This document shows positions 53,484 through 62,108 of a DNA stretch of 64,000 bases, in pieces. This stretch comes from Paramoeba atlantica (Eukaryota > Protista > Discosea), in NCBI GenBank assembly GCA_977017575.1, contig CDRNVI010000032.1, forward strand, positions 124,001 to 188,000, given 5' to 3'. The translations under genes and the position numbers were made by a program. Under the pieces are notes generated by a model. It did no database searches. It saw only the letters and a list, made by a program, of their open reading frames with translations, and was not told where the DNA came from. Positions within the stretch are counted from its first letter, which is position 1. The number at the start of each line of letters is the position of its first letter.

Positions 53484-54446
53484 CTAAACCTCATCATCTG
53501 GAATGTCTTCATCTTCCACCATTTTACCTGTGTGTTCATTGTACCATGGTACGGGCGTCTTCGTGTCCACATATTCTTCTGTCGCCTCCGTATCACGTTT
53601 CTTTTTTCTCCTCTTTCTTCTTTCTGGGGCAAGAAATGCTTGCCCTGTTTCCATGGCAATATCTTCCTTGCGAGGTTGTGGTAATGGTGGAAAAGTTGTG
53701 CGCTCTTCAAATTTCCTCTTTTCTCGCTTGCGCCTTACTTTTGCGCCAGGACCTTCCGCGTCCGGCTTATCGGTATTGTCGTCTACACTCTTCGGATGTT
53801 TTGTTTTCTTTTGATGAGCTTTCCGGTACGTAGGGAGAAACCTTGACCAGTCCTCGTGAGCTAAATCCTCCCTAGAAGATAATTCTTTCAAGATCATCAG
53901 GCGTTTGAGACCATACACAGGATGGATGTTCCGCATCGTATCCAAAACAATGCGACGAACTTGCTTAATCCCTTTTTCAGGACCCATCACAGACACAGTT
54001 TTTCCTTGAACAAAAACATAACACTCTGTCAAGATTTCTAAGGTGCGAAGCGTTTGACCATTGGGTCCCACGAGCCTGTCTCGACGCTTCACAAATCTTT
54101 GTGTGTTGTGTACAAGATTGCCAATTTTTATTATATCATAGGACATTTCGTCGCGAAATATATTCTGGGCCTGCGAGAGGGGTACGCTACGAGCAAGTAA
54201 ACGAATGAAATCTCTGGCCTGTAATATTGCAAGAGGGTCGAAAGTTTTACGTGTGGTTTTTACTGTCATGGAGCCCTCTATAAGATTTAGTTCGCCCCTA
54301 ATTTCGCAAGCACGAAGGACATTCTGAGCTTCATTCCACAGAGAACGGAGATGTGACTCTAAGTAGGAAGGGAACAACGTAGTAAATGATGACTCCTCAA
54401 TACAGCAACCTTGACCCTTGGGAAGGTCTTCTCTTGTAAGCTTCAT
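53484..54446 (-). CDS. KRR1: 40S biogenesis KH protein Krr1
   Basis: EESSFTTLFP, LNLIEGSMTVKTTRKTFDP, RDRLVGPNGQTL, NIHPVYGLKRLMI, PPLPQPRKEDIAMETG. Confidence 0.95.
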   Translation of the reverse strand: MKLTREDLPKGQGCCIEESSFTTLFPSYLESHLRSLWNEAQNVLRACEIRGELNLIEGSMTVKTTRKTFDPLAILQARDFIRLLARSVPLSQAQNIFRDEMSYDIIKIGNLVHNTQRFVKRRDRLVGPNGQTLRTLEILTECYVFVQGKTVSVMGPEKGIKQVRRIVLDTMRNIHPVYGLKRLMILKELSSREDLAHEDWSRFLPTYRKAHQKKTKHPKSVDDNTDKPDAEGPGAKVRRKREKRKFEERTTFPPLPQPRKEDIAMETGQAFLAPERRKRRKKKRDTEATEEYVDTKTPVPWYNEHTGKMVEDEDIPDDEV

Positions 54447-55425
54447 CAAAATGGACGAATTCCTCAAAAAATGAAGTGCAGAAAAATATAGTTGTATTTA
54501 CAAATATGTAGGACAGAAGTGTCACCCATGGAATAAGATTATGTTATGGTGAAGAATAAAGTGTTCAAACGGATGAGAACATGAAAATGGTTGGTGAAAG
54601 GGAACTGGTTGAAAGTGTACATTATTTGTTCAATCCCACGAATTAGACTATTTATAAATATGATTATAATAATTGTTTTTGACCTAATGGCGAATCAAAG
54701 TTACTACACCCCCGTTCTTGCCTTTTTGAAACTGTTCCATGTAGATGCATTGTTCATATTTTAGGAAAACAATGTGCGGAAAATGTTCCTCTAGTGGAGC
54801 ATAACTCAGGAAAAATAGTTAAAAACTTTCGGAATCGAATTAAAAGCATTTTTCCGGTCCTCTCAGCACTGTTCCCCAAAAGTACGTTTTTAAATTACTT
54901 AAAATAGATTGACGTAGCTCTCTGGGGAATAGTTTCATTATTTTAGAACGGGGGTCATTATTTTAGAACAAATCTGCGATTTGTTCGATCTTATTCTATA
55001 TTTCGTGCATGAATTGGCAGCATTGCTCTGATCTCGTGTACTGACAATTGGTCATATACGGTTTTAGCAGCAACGAGAGAGAGAGAGGGACCCTCTCCAT
55101 TGTTTAGCGAATTGTAAGCTTGTATACCAACATGTGGGACGCGCTTAAGACCATGCGCCGCTGTTTTTCCCCCCAAAACCGACTCTAATAAGCGGGCAAC
55201 TCTAGCCTAGAGTTGAGCGGGATACCTGTTTGCCAATGTTTTTAAGCCTTTTGAACATAAACACTCATACAACCGCATTCGACCCAAAAGCCTCATATCG
55301 ATTCGTGTATTATTTATGAGTGAACACATAATAAACGGTAGAGCAAGGAAGATTAAAAGACGTTCCATGACACTGTATAAGACAAAAAATGCTTTACATT
55401 TTGTCGGAAAACGTACGAAAATATT

Positions 55426-55902
55426 TCAAGAAATAGTTCGACGTCTGAAAAATCGAGAAGGATCGTCAAGCATGCGAGAGGGTATTTGTGGATGAGGCTT
55501 AGTGAGCAAGCAGTGCTTGATTTGTTGAACTTGTTGCACTGCTCGAATAGGGTCTGCTCTCTTGAAAGGCAAAAGTTTTTTGTTATCATATAAGCGGAAC
55601 AATAGAGTTCGCCTTTCACTCGTTTGAAGGCGGCTTGTATGAGTGGGTAAATGTTGCAATGGGGAACGAACAGGCAAATAGTCAAGAGAATTGCGGGATC
55701 CCTCTGTGGCTTCTTGCCACGTGCGGCGGACGTCAACCCCATCTCCCACACTATGTAAACGGTGATATTTTTGATACTTAGCATCACACATAGTACGACG
55801 ATTTCGTTCAATACGCTTTGGGCCATCAAAGTATTTTTCCATGTGGCGAGTGATATTAACCCTGTTGTGCTTGCGTAAAGGGCCGGTGTACCAGGAAGGC
55901 AT
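55426..55902 (-). CDS. Small basic protein, possibly mitoribosomal
   Basis: ATG at 55902 (MPSWYTGPLRKHNR), ~158 aa, protein-like composition; only a weak resemblance to mL63-type proteins from memory. Confidence 0.5.
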   Translation of the reverse strand: MPSWYTGPLRKHNRVNITRHMEKYFDGPKRIERNRRTMCDAKYQKYHRLHSVGDGVDVRRTWQEATEGSRNSLDYLPVRSPLQHLPTHTSRLQTSERRTLLFRLYDNKKLLPFKRADPIRAVQQVQQIKHCLLTKPHPQIPSRMLDDPSRFFRRRTIS

Positions 55903-56269
55903 TTGCAAAACAGATACCGGTAAAAAAATATGTCTTCAATGAATAATCTGATGTTTTTCAACATCAGACAAATCAAAGATAACCCAAGTCAAGAGTAAGA
56001 TAAGTCAAAGGTAATCCAGCAGCACGAGCTGCATAGAATGTGCGTGTAAAAAGAAAATCTGTCAGCAACTTTAAATATGAGTACTAAAGAAAACTAATGC
56101 AAAACAATAGGCCAGAATACATTTTCGCTCCGTGTGAAGCATTCAGCTGGTTGTTGCTAATTCACGTGTGGCATTTCACGAAAAAACATTCTTCTTCGTA
56201 TTAAAAAACATACCAAAGAGTTTTTCTAGCCAATCGATTCGCTCTACTGTCTGATCAATACGCACAATA

Positions 56270-56434
56270 TTAATTCATACATGGTTGATTCGAAGATAGA
56301 GCAGCATCAAGAAGTTTCTGTCGCACTTTAGAAACCTCACTATTTGTGTCTTTAACCTTTTTGTGAAGCTTGGTGACGGTACGACGAAGATTTCTTTTGC
56401 GACCTTTGCGCTGCTTACCCAGTCTTCCGGGCAT
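56270..56434 (-). CDS. 54-aa Lys/Arg-rich small ORF (below the ORF-track cutoff)
   Basis: MPGRLGKQRKGRKRNLRRTVTKLHKKVKDTNSEVSKVRQKLLDAALSSNQPCMN*; purine-rich plus-strand tract upstream. Confidence 0.45.
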   Translation of the reverse strand: MPGRLGKQRKGRKRNLRRTVTKLHKKVKDTNSEVSKVRQKLLDAALSSNQPCMN

Positions 56435-56647
56435 GATATATTAAGACAAAGAAATTTAATAATTAGTTTAGCAGTAATAAAACATGATAGGAGATATTCA
56501 CAGCAATAGCCTTTTGATGTTTCTATAAATTCTATATTTCTTATCTTATGATTCTCGCTGTGCAGATGATAACGTTTCCGGACGCCATGGGCCCACTAGC
56601 ACTGAGCAAAAGAAAAGGAATGAGGACGTACGTTCTATAGAAGTAAC

Positions 56648-57958
56648 GGTGAAACTGAACCAATATTCGCACTTTTCTCAATCTGGCAAAATTTTTACCT
56701 GAACGTTTTATCGCTCCTTTCTTTTATTCTGAATCATGGTTCTGCACATTAATTTTATAAGCATTGTGTTTTTTGAATCCATTAGTACTTGTTTATTGCT
56801 CTTCTCACCTTTAACACATCACATTTCTCACATTAATTTTATAAGCATTGTGTTTTTTGAATCCATTAGTACTTGTTTATTGCTCTTCTCACCTTTTAAT
56901 GACGTGCACTGGGTGCGGTGGGTTCTCGTGCCGTTCGAAACTTACGATCAGAAGAATTTCTTCCTGGAGTGAGAATCAATGTCTGGATTGGATGAAAAAC
57001 CACTCTCTAGTGGCGCAGAAAGTTATTTGCTACAAGAAAAATCACAGAGCTCCGCACACCATGGCATTAGTCGGGAATAAATGGGTCTGCACCAAGCATT
57101 GTAAAGGGAGGTACGGAGCTATGGGGCCGCTGTTGCCCAGCAAGAGCCAGCGAAGCGCTAAACAGACTCTCCTGTACATCGTTTTGTACTCTAGGGGTGG
57201 GAGCCATGCGTCTTCAGTGGCGGAAACGGAGTTAAGCGAAAAAACGGTGATTAAATTGCGTCAATGGCTGGATTCCCTCATGGCCACAGCGCATATACGC
57301 CGACGAGTTCGACTGCGATCCAAGGTGACCACAATGCAATGCGATGAAACTTTTTTTCTGTCCGAAAGAGGGGCGGTTGCCATCGAGCAAAACGTGTTCG
57401 CCAAGATGGTAATCAAATTGCTCAGACGATAGCGGTCACAACGAGGGACAACGAATTATCTGAAATTCTCATGGAATCTGTTCCAAATCGAACATCTCAG
57501 AGCCTTCTTCCGAACATCCAGAATCTAGCTTCGGGAAGTCGTACAAAAATTTGGACTGATGGTGCCCGCCATAATTTGTCTCTCCGCGGCAAATATAAGT
57601 GGGAAAGTGTAAACCACAAGAGACAGTGGGTTACGAATGAAGGTGTGCACACTAATACTGTGGAGTGCGCGAACTCCATGGTCAAGAAGCGTCTAAAGCG
57701 GGACGGCAATGTTCTAGATCGAAAGTTGGAGAAGAGGGGGGATCGAATACAAGCATACGCAGAGGTATGCACCGGAAGTTTGAAGTGCAATGGGGGTGAT
57801 ACACTGCTTCAAGTCTTGCAAAATTTGAAGGAGCACTGCGTATGCCTCCATTTGTAAGAAGTAATCAAGTTTAAGTGGAGAAAAGTTTAAAGTGTAAGCA
57901 AAAAGGGACGTGAAATTTTGAAAATTCATAAATTTGCGAATATTGGTTCAGTTTAACC
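56648..57958 (+). mobile_element. Merlin (IS1595/ISXO2-like) DNA transposon, 1311 bp
   Basis: 24-bp TIRs GGT(G/T)AAACTGAACCAATATTCGCA (23/24 identical); perfect 8-bp TSD GAAGTAAC (56640-56647, 57959-57966); internal duplication with 84-bp period at 56745-56896. Confidence 0.93.
56899..57857 (+). pseudogene. Merlin DDE transposase split by a -1 frameshift at T7 (57351-57357)
   Basis: QCDETFF, then in the -1 frame SVRKRGGCHRAKR..ESVPNRTSQSL..IWTDG..VNHKRQWVTNEGVHTNTVE; about 319 aa if one nt is restored. Confidence 0.85.
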
Positions 57959-58012
57959 GAAGTAACCTCTATATTTTTGTTTAAAGTAAAAGAGTCTGTA
58001 TCTTAAACTACG

Positions 58013-58918
58013 TTACTGCAGTTTCTTTATTCGCGTCCCATGTACCAAAACACCCGTTAAGGAACAAGGAAGTAGAGATTCGTACATTCTACCACGCAGT
58101 TCCTCATTGTTGGAAAGATTTAAGTGCGTCAGATTTTGTGGAAGTGCATCAAAATATGATTGACCCGAAAACAAATTTCTGTTCAAATCAAAAACTCTCA
58201 ATCCATCAGGTAGTTGTCTCAAATCTAGCATTCCTTCCAGAGTATTGCGACTGAGGTTAAGCTCTGTCAGAGAATCTGGTAACTGACAAAGGCTAATTTC
58301 ACCAAACAGTTGATTGTGTGCCAAGTTAAGTACCGACATTGTTTCAGGTAGCTGATCTAAGTTGATGCTACATTTGAATCGATTCTGAAAACCTTTCAAG
58401 ACCTTAAGGTGAGCGGGTAGTTCAATCAGGTTAATTTCACCCACAAAAGCATTGCGTGACATTTCAAATTGTGTTAGTTGCTCTGGCAGATAGCTAAGTG
58501 GCACTTCTCCAGATAAATTATTTCCATGAATCTGCAGAACAACAAGGGAAGTAGGCAAATAATTCCATGAAGGGATTCCTCTTATACCAAAAAATCCCCA
58601 CTCAATTTTCGCAACTAGTGCTTGCGCACTGCACTCCACACCTGTCCATTCACAAGCGGAAAAAGTCGTATTCCATGAACTGTGCCTGTTGCTGATATTT
58701 TGAATAAATCTTGTAAGCTCATACTCTGGAGGCAGGCTTGTTCCACGAACTCTTCCTCGAGGAGCATAATCGGGTTTAAGCGTTTTGCTAAGAGAGACAG
58801 ACGTACTCGGTGCTGCGGTATCAGCCTCTGTATCACTCTGTACCGTGTGATTCGTTTTTAATCTTTTGCGGGCAGGTTGAAAAACATCATGAAAAAGAAT
58901 CCGTGTCGTTGTGTGCAT
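58013..58918 (-). CDS. LRR family copy 5
   Basis: RGRVRGTSLPPEYELTRF leader, ACEWTGVEC cap, about seven LRRs; stop lies ~55 bp from the Merlin TIR. Confidence 0.88.
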   Translation of the reverse strand: MHTTTRILFHDVFQPARKRLKTNHTVQSDTEADTAAPSTSVSLSKTLKPDYAPRGRVRGTSLPPEYELTRFIQNISNRHSSWNTTFSACEWTGVECSAQALVAKIEWGFFGIRGIPSWNYLPTSLVVLQIHGNNLSGEVPLSYLPEQLTQFEMSRNAFVGEINLIELPAHLKVLKGFQNRFKCSINLDQLPETMSVLNLAHNQLFGEISLCQLPDSLTELNLSRNTLEGMLDLRQLPDGLRVFDLNRNLFSGQSYFDALPQNLTHLNLSNNEELRGRMYESLLPCSLTGVLVHGTRIKKLQ

Positions 58919-59371
58919 TAAAATGTGTATATCGTATGTTTAGAAAACAGAAGTCAAGAAATCAGGAGACAAATTGTTAAGAAAACGGAGTTTTCTTTTC
59001 GACTCTAATAATCAGATATCTTTTCGACTCTAATAATCAGGTTCTCTAACTGCAAGTATGAAGGTTGAAAAAATGAAGGTAACCTAAACGACACCCCCGT
59101 TCCCTCGTTTTCCCGGTACTATGTATATGATTAAAGTACTGTTTGTTTGGGTCTAAAAAGGTGGTTGTATTTCTCCAACTAGTAGTTTCTCTTACTCGAG
59201 ATTCGAACGAAAGACGCTATAAGCAACAAAAACAGTATAGAGAGAAAGAAAAATCAATAATATGAAACGTAAAAAGGGGTCCTAGTGCAACAGTGCCACT
59301 TATCGCAGTTCGGAAAGATTAGGAGGGCTATTTACTACTTTATCATTACTTAGTAATAGTAGTACTTAGTC

Positions 59372-60667
59372 CTATAATACCACTGAATTATAGCGAAGTA
59401 CAAGGCGTGAATCTTGAATTTGTATAGTAGAACCGCTTGACAGAGAAGGTGTTTGGTTGTACCCCAGATGTGTAAACGTTTGTTGGCCCGGCTTAGATGA
59501 GATAAACACAGGATATTTTCCATAAACAATGACGTGGTACGACTTGTTATTCCAAAAGACAGCGGCATGCATTCGGCTCACCTTACGCGAAGATTTAGTA
59601 GGGTTGTGTAAAGCAAGATTTAGGAAGGGCACAGAATAGGAAGATGAAAGATCAAGAGCCCGCTCATTCACTTGAGAGGTATATTGCCCTTGGAGTGGCT
59701 GGTCATTTTTTATCACATTTTTTGATTTTATTGTGTCATTATTTTCTGCTTTCTCCGGAGAATGCCTGCTAGAAGATTCATGTGTGGGAGAACAATTTTT
59801 CGAGGTTTGCGCAGCCAATATTTCTTTTCTTTCTTCTTTCCTACCTAGCACAGCATATGCGCGAAATTCCAGGAGAACAGTTCCTTTTTCATTAGTAATG
59901 TATGCCCAAGGCGGGGGTACTTCTAAGCGAGTGAGTGAAGAGGCATATAGCACGGAGCTCTCTTGCCGTCTCCGCTTTTTCCTGGAAGACATTTCACTAA
60001 GAAGCTGTCTTTCTGGTGGGAGTCGGTACACCGGATTCACCTCCTCACTCTGAATCTCCTGGTCCTGATAATCTACGGAGAGTCCTGCGGCTTCACATAA
60101 TTCGTTCCACGAGAGAGAAGCTTTTGCTGCGTCCGTATTGTCATTAGCGATAACATCAGAGTTATTGTTTATTGCGTTAGAGGATGGCTGACGTGTAGGA
60201 CCCTCCGCAATGATGGAATCGTGAAGTTGCTTGAGTCGTTGAAAAGCAAGAAGTACCATGAAATATCCGGAGTGAGACATAAGGGCCCGGGCTTCAGAAT
60301 TTTCTACTTTGCTTGCAACAGAAGCGACCATCTCAGCGATGTTTGCAGAAGTGACTTGATGTTTAATAGGTTTCATGCATAGAGAGTCACATAAAAGGGG
60401 ATCTCTATGCAACATGTCGTGCATCCAGCCGAGTAAGCGCTCTTCAGATAAAAGTTGAACTGCGCCTGAGCTATCGGTTTTTAGGGTAAATTGATCGTGC
60501 TCATCTTTGTCTTGAACGGCCAGGTCCTCAGACATTTCGATAAAGGACGACAACCTTTTGTACACGCCGAATTCGGTTGGTGTCCTATACATCAAAGGAT
60601 TAATCCGCTTAGCTTCGTGATTTGAAGATGCAACTGAGAGACAACGGGTCTCAGGATTAGAGCACAT
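59372..60667 (-). CDS. FHA-domain protein (MCRS1/Fhl1-like C-terminal FHA)
   Basis: AVLGRK ... SRKVSRMHAAVFWNNKSYHVIVYGKYPVFI ... LSSGSTIQI. Confidence 0.65.
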   Translation of the reverse strand: MCSNPETRCLSVASSNHEAKRINPLMYRTPTEFGVYKRLSSFIEMSEDLAVQDKDEHDQFTLKTDSSGAVQLLSEERLLGWMHDMLHRDPLLCDSLCMKPIKHQVTSANIAEMVASVASKVENSEARALMSHSGYFMVLLAFQRLKQLHDSIIAEGPTRQPSSNAINNNSDVIANDNTDAAKASLSWNELCEAAGLSVDYQDQEIQSEEVNPVYRLPPERQLLSEMSSRKKRRRQESSVLYASSLTRLEVPPPWAYITNEKGTVLLEFRAYAVLGRKEERKEILAAQTSKNCSPTHESSSRHSPEKAENNDTIKSKNVIKNDQPLQGQYTSQVNERALDLSSSYSVPFLNLALHNPTKSSRKVSRMHAAVFWNNKSYHVIVYGKYPVFISSKPGQQTFTHLGYNQTPSLSSGSTIQIQDSRLVLRYNSVVL

Positions 60668-60817
60668 ACTTTGAGTGAAATGCCAAAACAACGAAAGATT
60701 TACCCTACAACATGGAGCTAAATAGAGCTCTATGACACCCTGCAGTACGTAGTGCGAGCTTTAGAGAACGAAGATGAAATCAATCAAATATTAGTACATG
60801 CATTCTATCACTTGCTA

Positions 60818-61513
60818 TTATCTTCTACATTTCTCAAAATTTGGATCACACATCATCATAAGAAGAAGCAAAAAAATGAAACCAACAGCTAAACACCCTG
60901 TAGCAACCATTCGCACATTGTTCCACCACATTTTGCTACTCAGTGTTTTAGAACCATGCTGAAAATTTTCAGCTCTAACTTTGAGCTCACTTGTGCGATC
61001 CATGAGCGTGTCGATGTTCTCCCCACGACTCAAAACAGCGTCAATATTTTCAAGCATTACATTTTTAACCTCATCGATTTGTTTCTTCACACTTGTGAGA
61101 CGATCCGTTCGAGGGTCATTGAAGTGATGAAGTTGTTGCTTCAGTGTGGGCAAAAAAAGAAGACTATGTCGCATAAGAGGAGCAGATGGCGTAAAAGACG
61201 AGATGGGCCCACGACTTAACACTGCGCAGTGCGCACGGTAGCGACATGAGATGTCCTCAAGAAAGCCGAACACAACGCGGAGAGGGGCTTGAGGTCCGCT
61301 AATGCAGAGGTAAAAAAGGCCTTGCTCATGTAGGTAGTGATAACACTGACCGTTCCATGTCCCACTGTTGCGATATTCCGAGTGCGGGAGGGAACGTAAT
61401 AATTGGGAATAAGATAAAGCGGAAGTCCCATGCATATCGCTCGTCGCTGAAGTCTCGCACAAGACCTCGCCGGACTCGGCTCCAATAAGAGTATGTGTGA
61501 TCACGTTGTCCAT
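60818..61513 (-). CDS. VAMP7: Longin R-SNARE VAMP7-like
   Basis: Longin domain (YHYL..LFYLC..RVVFGFLEDI), R-SNARE VKNVMLENIDAVLSRGENIDTL, C-terminal TM helix. Confidence 0.9.
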   Translation of the reverse strand: MDNVITHTLIGAESGEVLCETSATSDMHGTSALSYSQLLRSLPHSEYRNSGTWNGQCYHYLHEQGLFYLCISGPQAPLRVVFGFLEDISCRYRAHCAVLSRGPISSFTPSAPLMRHSLLFLPTLKQQLHHFNDPRTDRLTSVKKQIDEVKNVMLENIDAVLSRGENIDTLMDRTSELKVRAENFQHGSKTLSSKMWWNNVRMVATGCLAVGFIFLLLLMMMCDPNFEKCRR

Positions 61514-62108
61514 TTTATTTCTGTAATGGCGCGGCCCATAGAATCTTATCCGAGTGCACACATGTAGAAAAAGAATAATACTAAAGTAGCTGAGTATAGA
61601 ATGTAACGTACCACTCCCATCTTTCGTTCATTGATCTTAATCGTTTTGAAAATATAATTCACGTATAATTCACATCTTCATTTAATTAATGCATGATATG
61701 CCATGCAATTATGTATGTAAGTCTATCACCCATCTAAAGAGGAGATTGTGAGTACGAGCGTTTCACACAGTTCTTGAATTCCATACCACATTTAATAAGC
61801 TAACTCGTATATGTTAGAGATATTTCGTGAGAATGTAAAACGTGAAATTCGGTCGATGTCAAAGAATTACACTTGTTAAATAAGTTTATAATTAAACTTA
61901 TTTAGTTATAAATGGGTTATTGATGTTTAAGGCGATAATCAAACAGCTGTAAAAAAATACAAGACTCTATTGAAAACAACAACATAATTCATGTAAAATT
62001 TGATGAAAATGATCCTTCCGTTCTTAACACGTTATTCAGAAGCCCACTTCACGATAATGATTAAAGATCAGTACAGAGATCTCTTTTGTTAAGAAATTTT
62101 CTCTTCTA

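Noticed and set aside
55353-55976. 207-aa ORF overlapping 55426-55902 on the same strand
   Set aside because: Non-ATG start in AT-rich flank and Cys/Ile/Phe-rich frame-shadow composition; the nested frame looks more protein-like
14353-57958. Fanzor/TnpB or other RNA-guided nuclease associated with the transposons
   Set aside because: No RuvC-like ORF or sufficient coding space in any element; Merlin is filled by its transposase
58996-59040. Short perfect tandem duplications (also 6840-6875, 19470-19506, 33748-33782)
   Set aside because: Isolated 19-25-bp two-copy duplications typical of slippage or repair; no shared sequence
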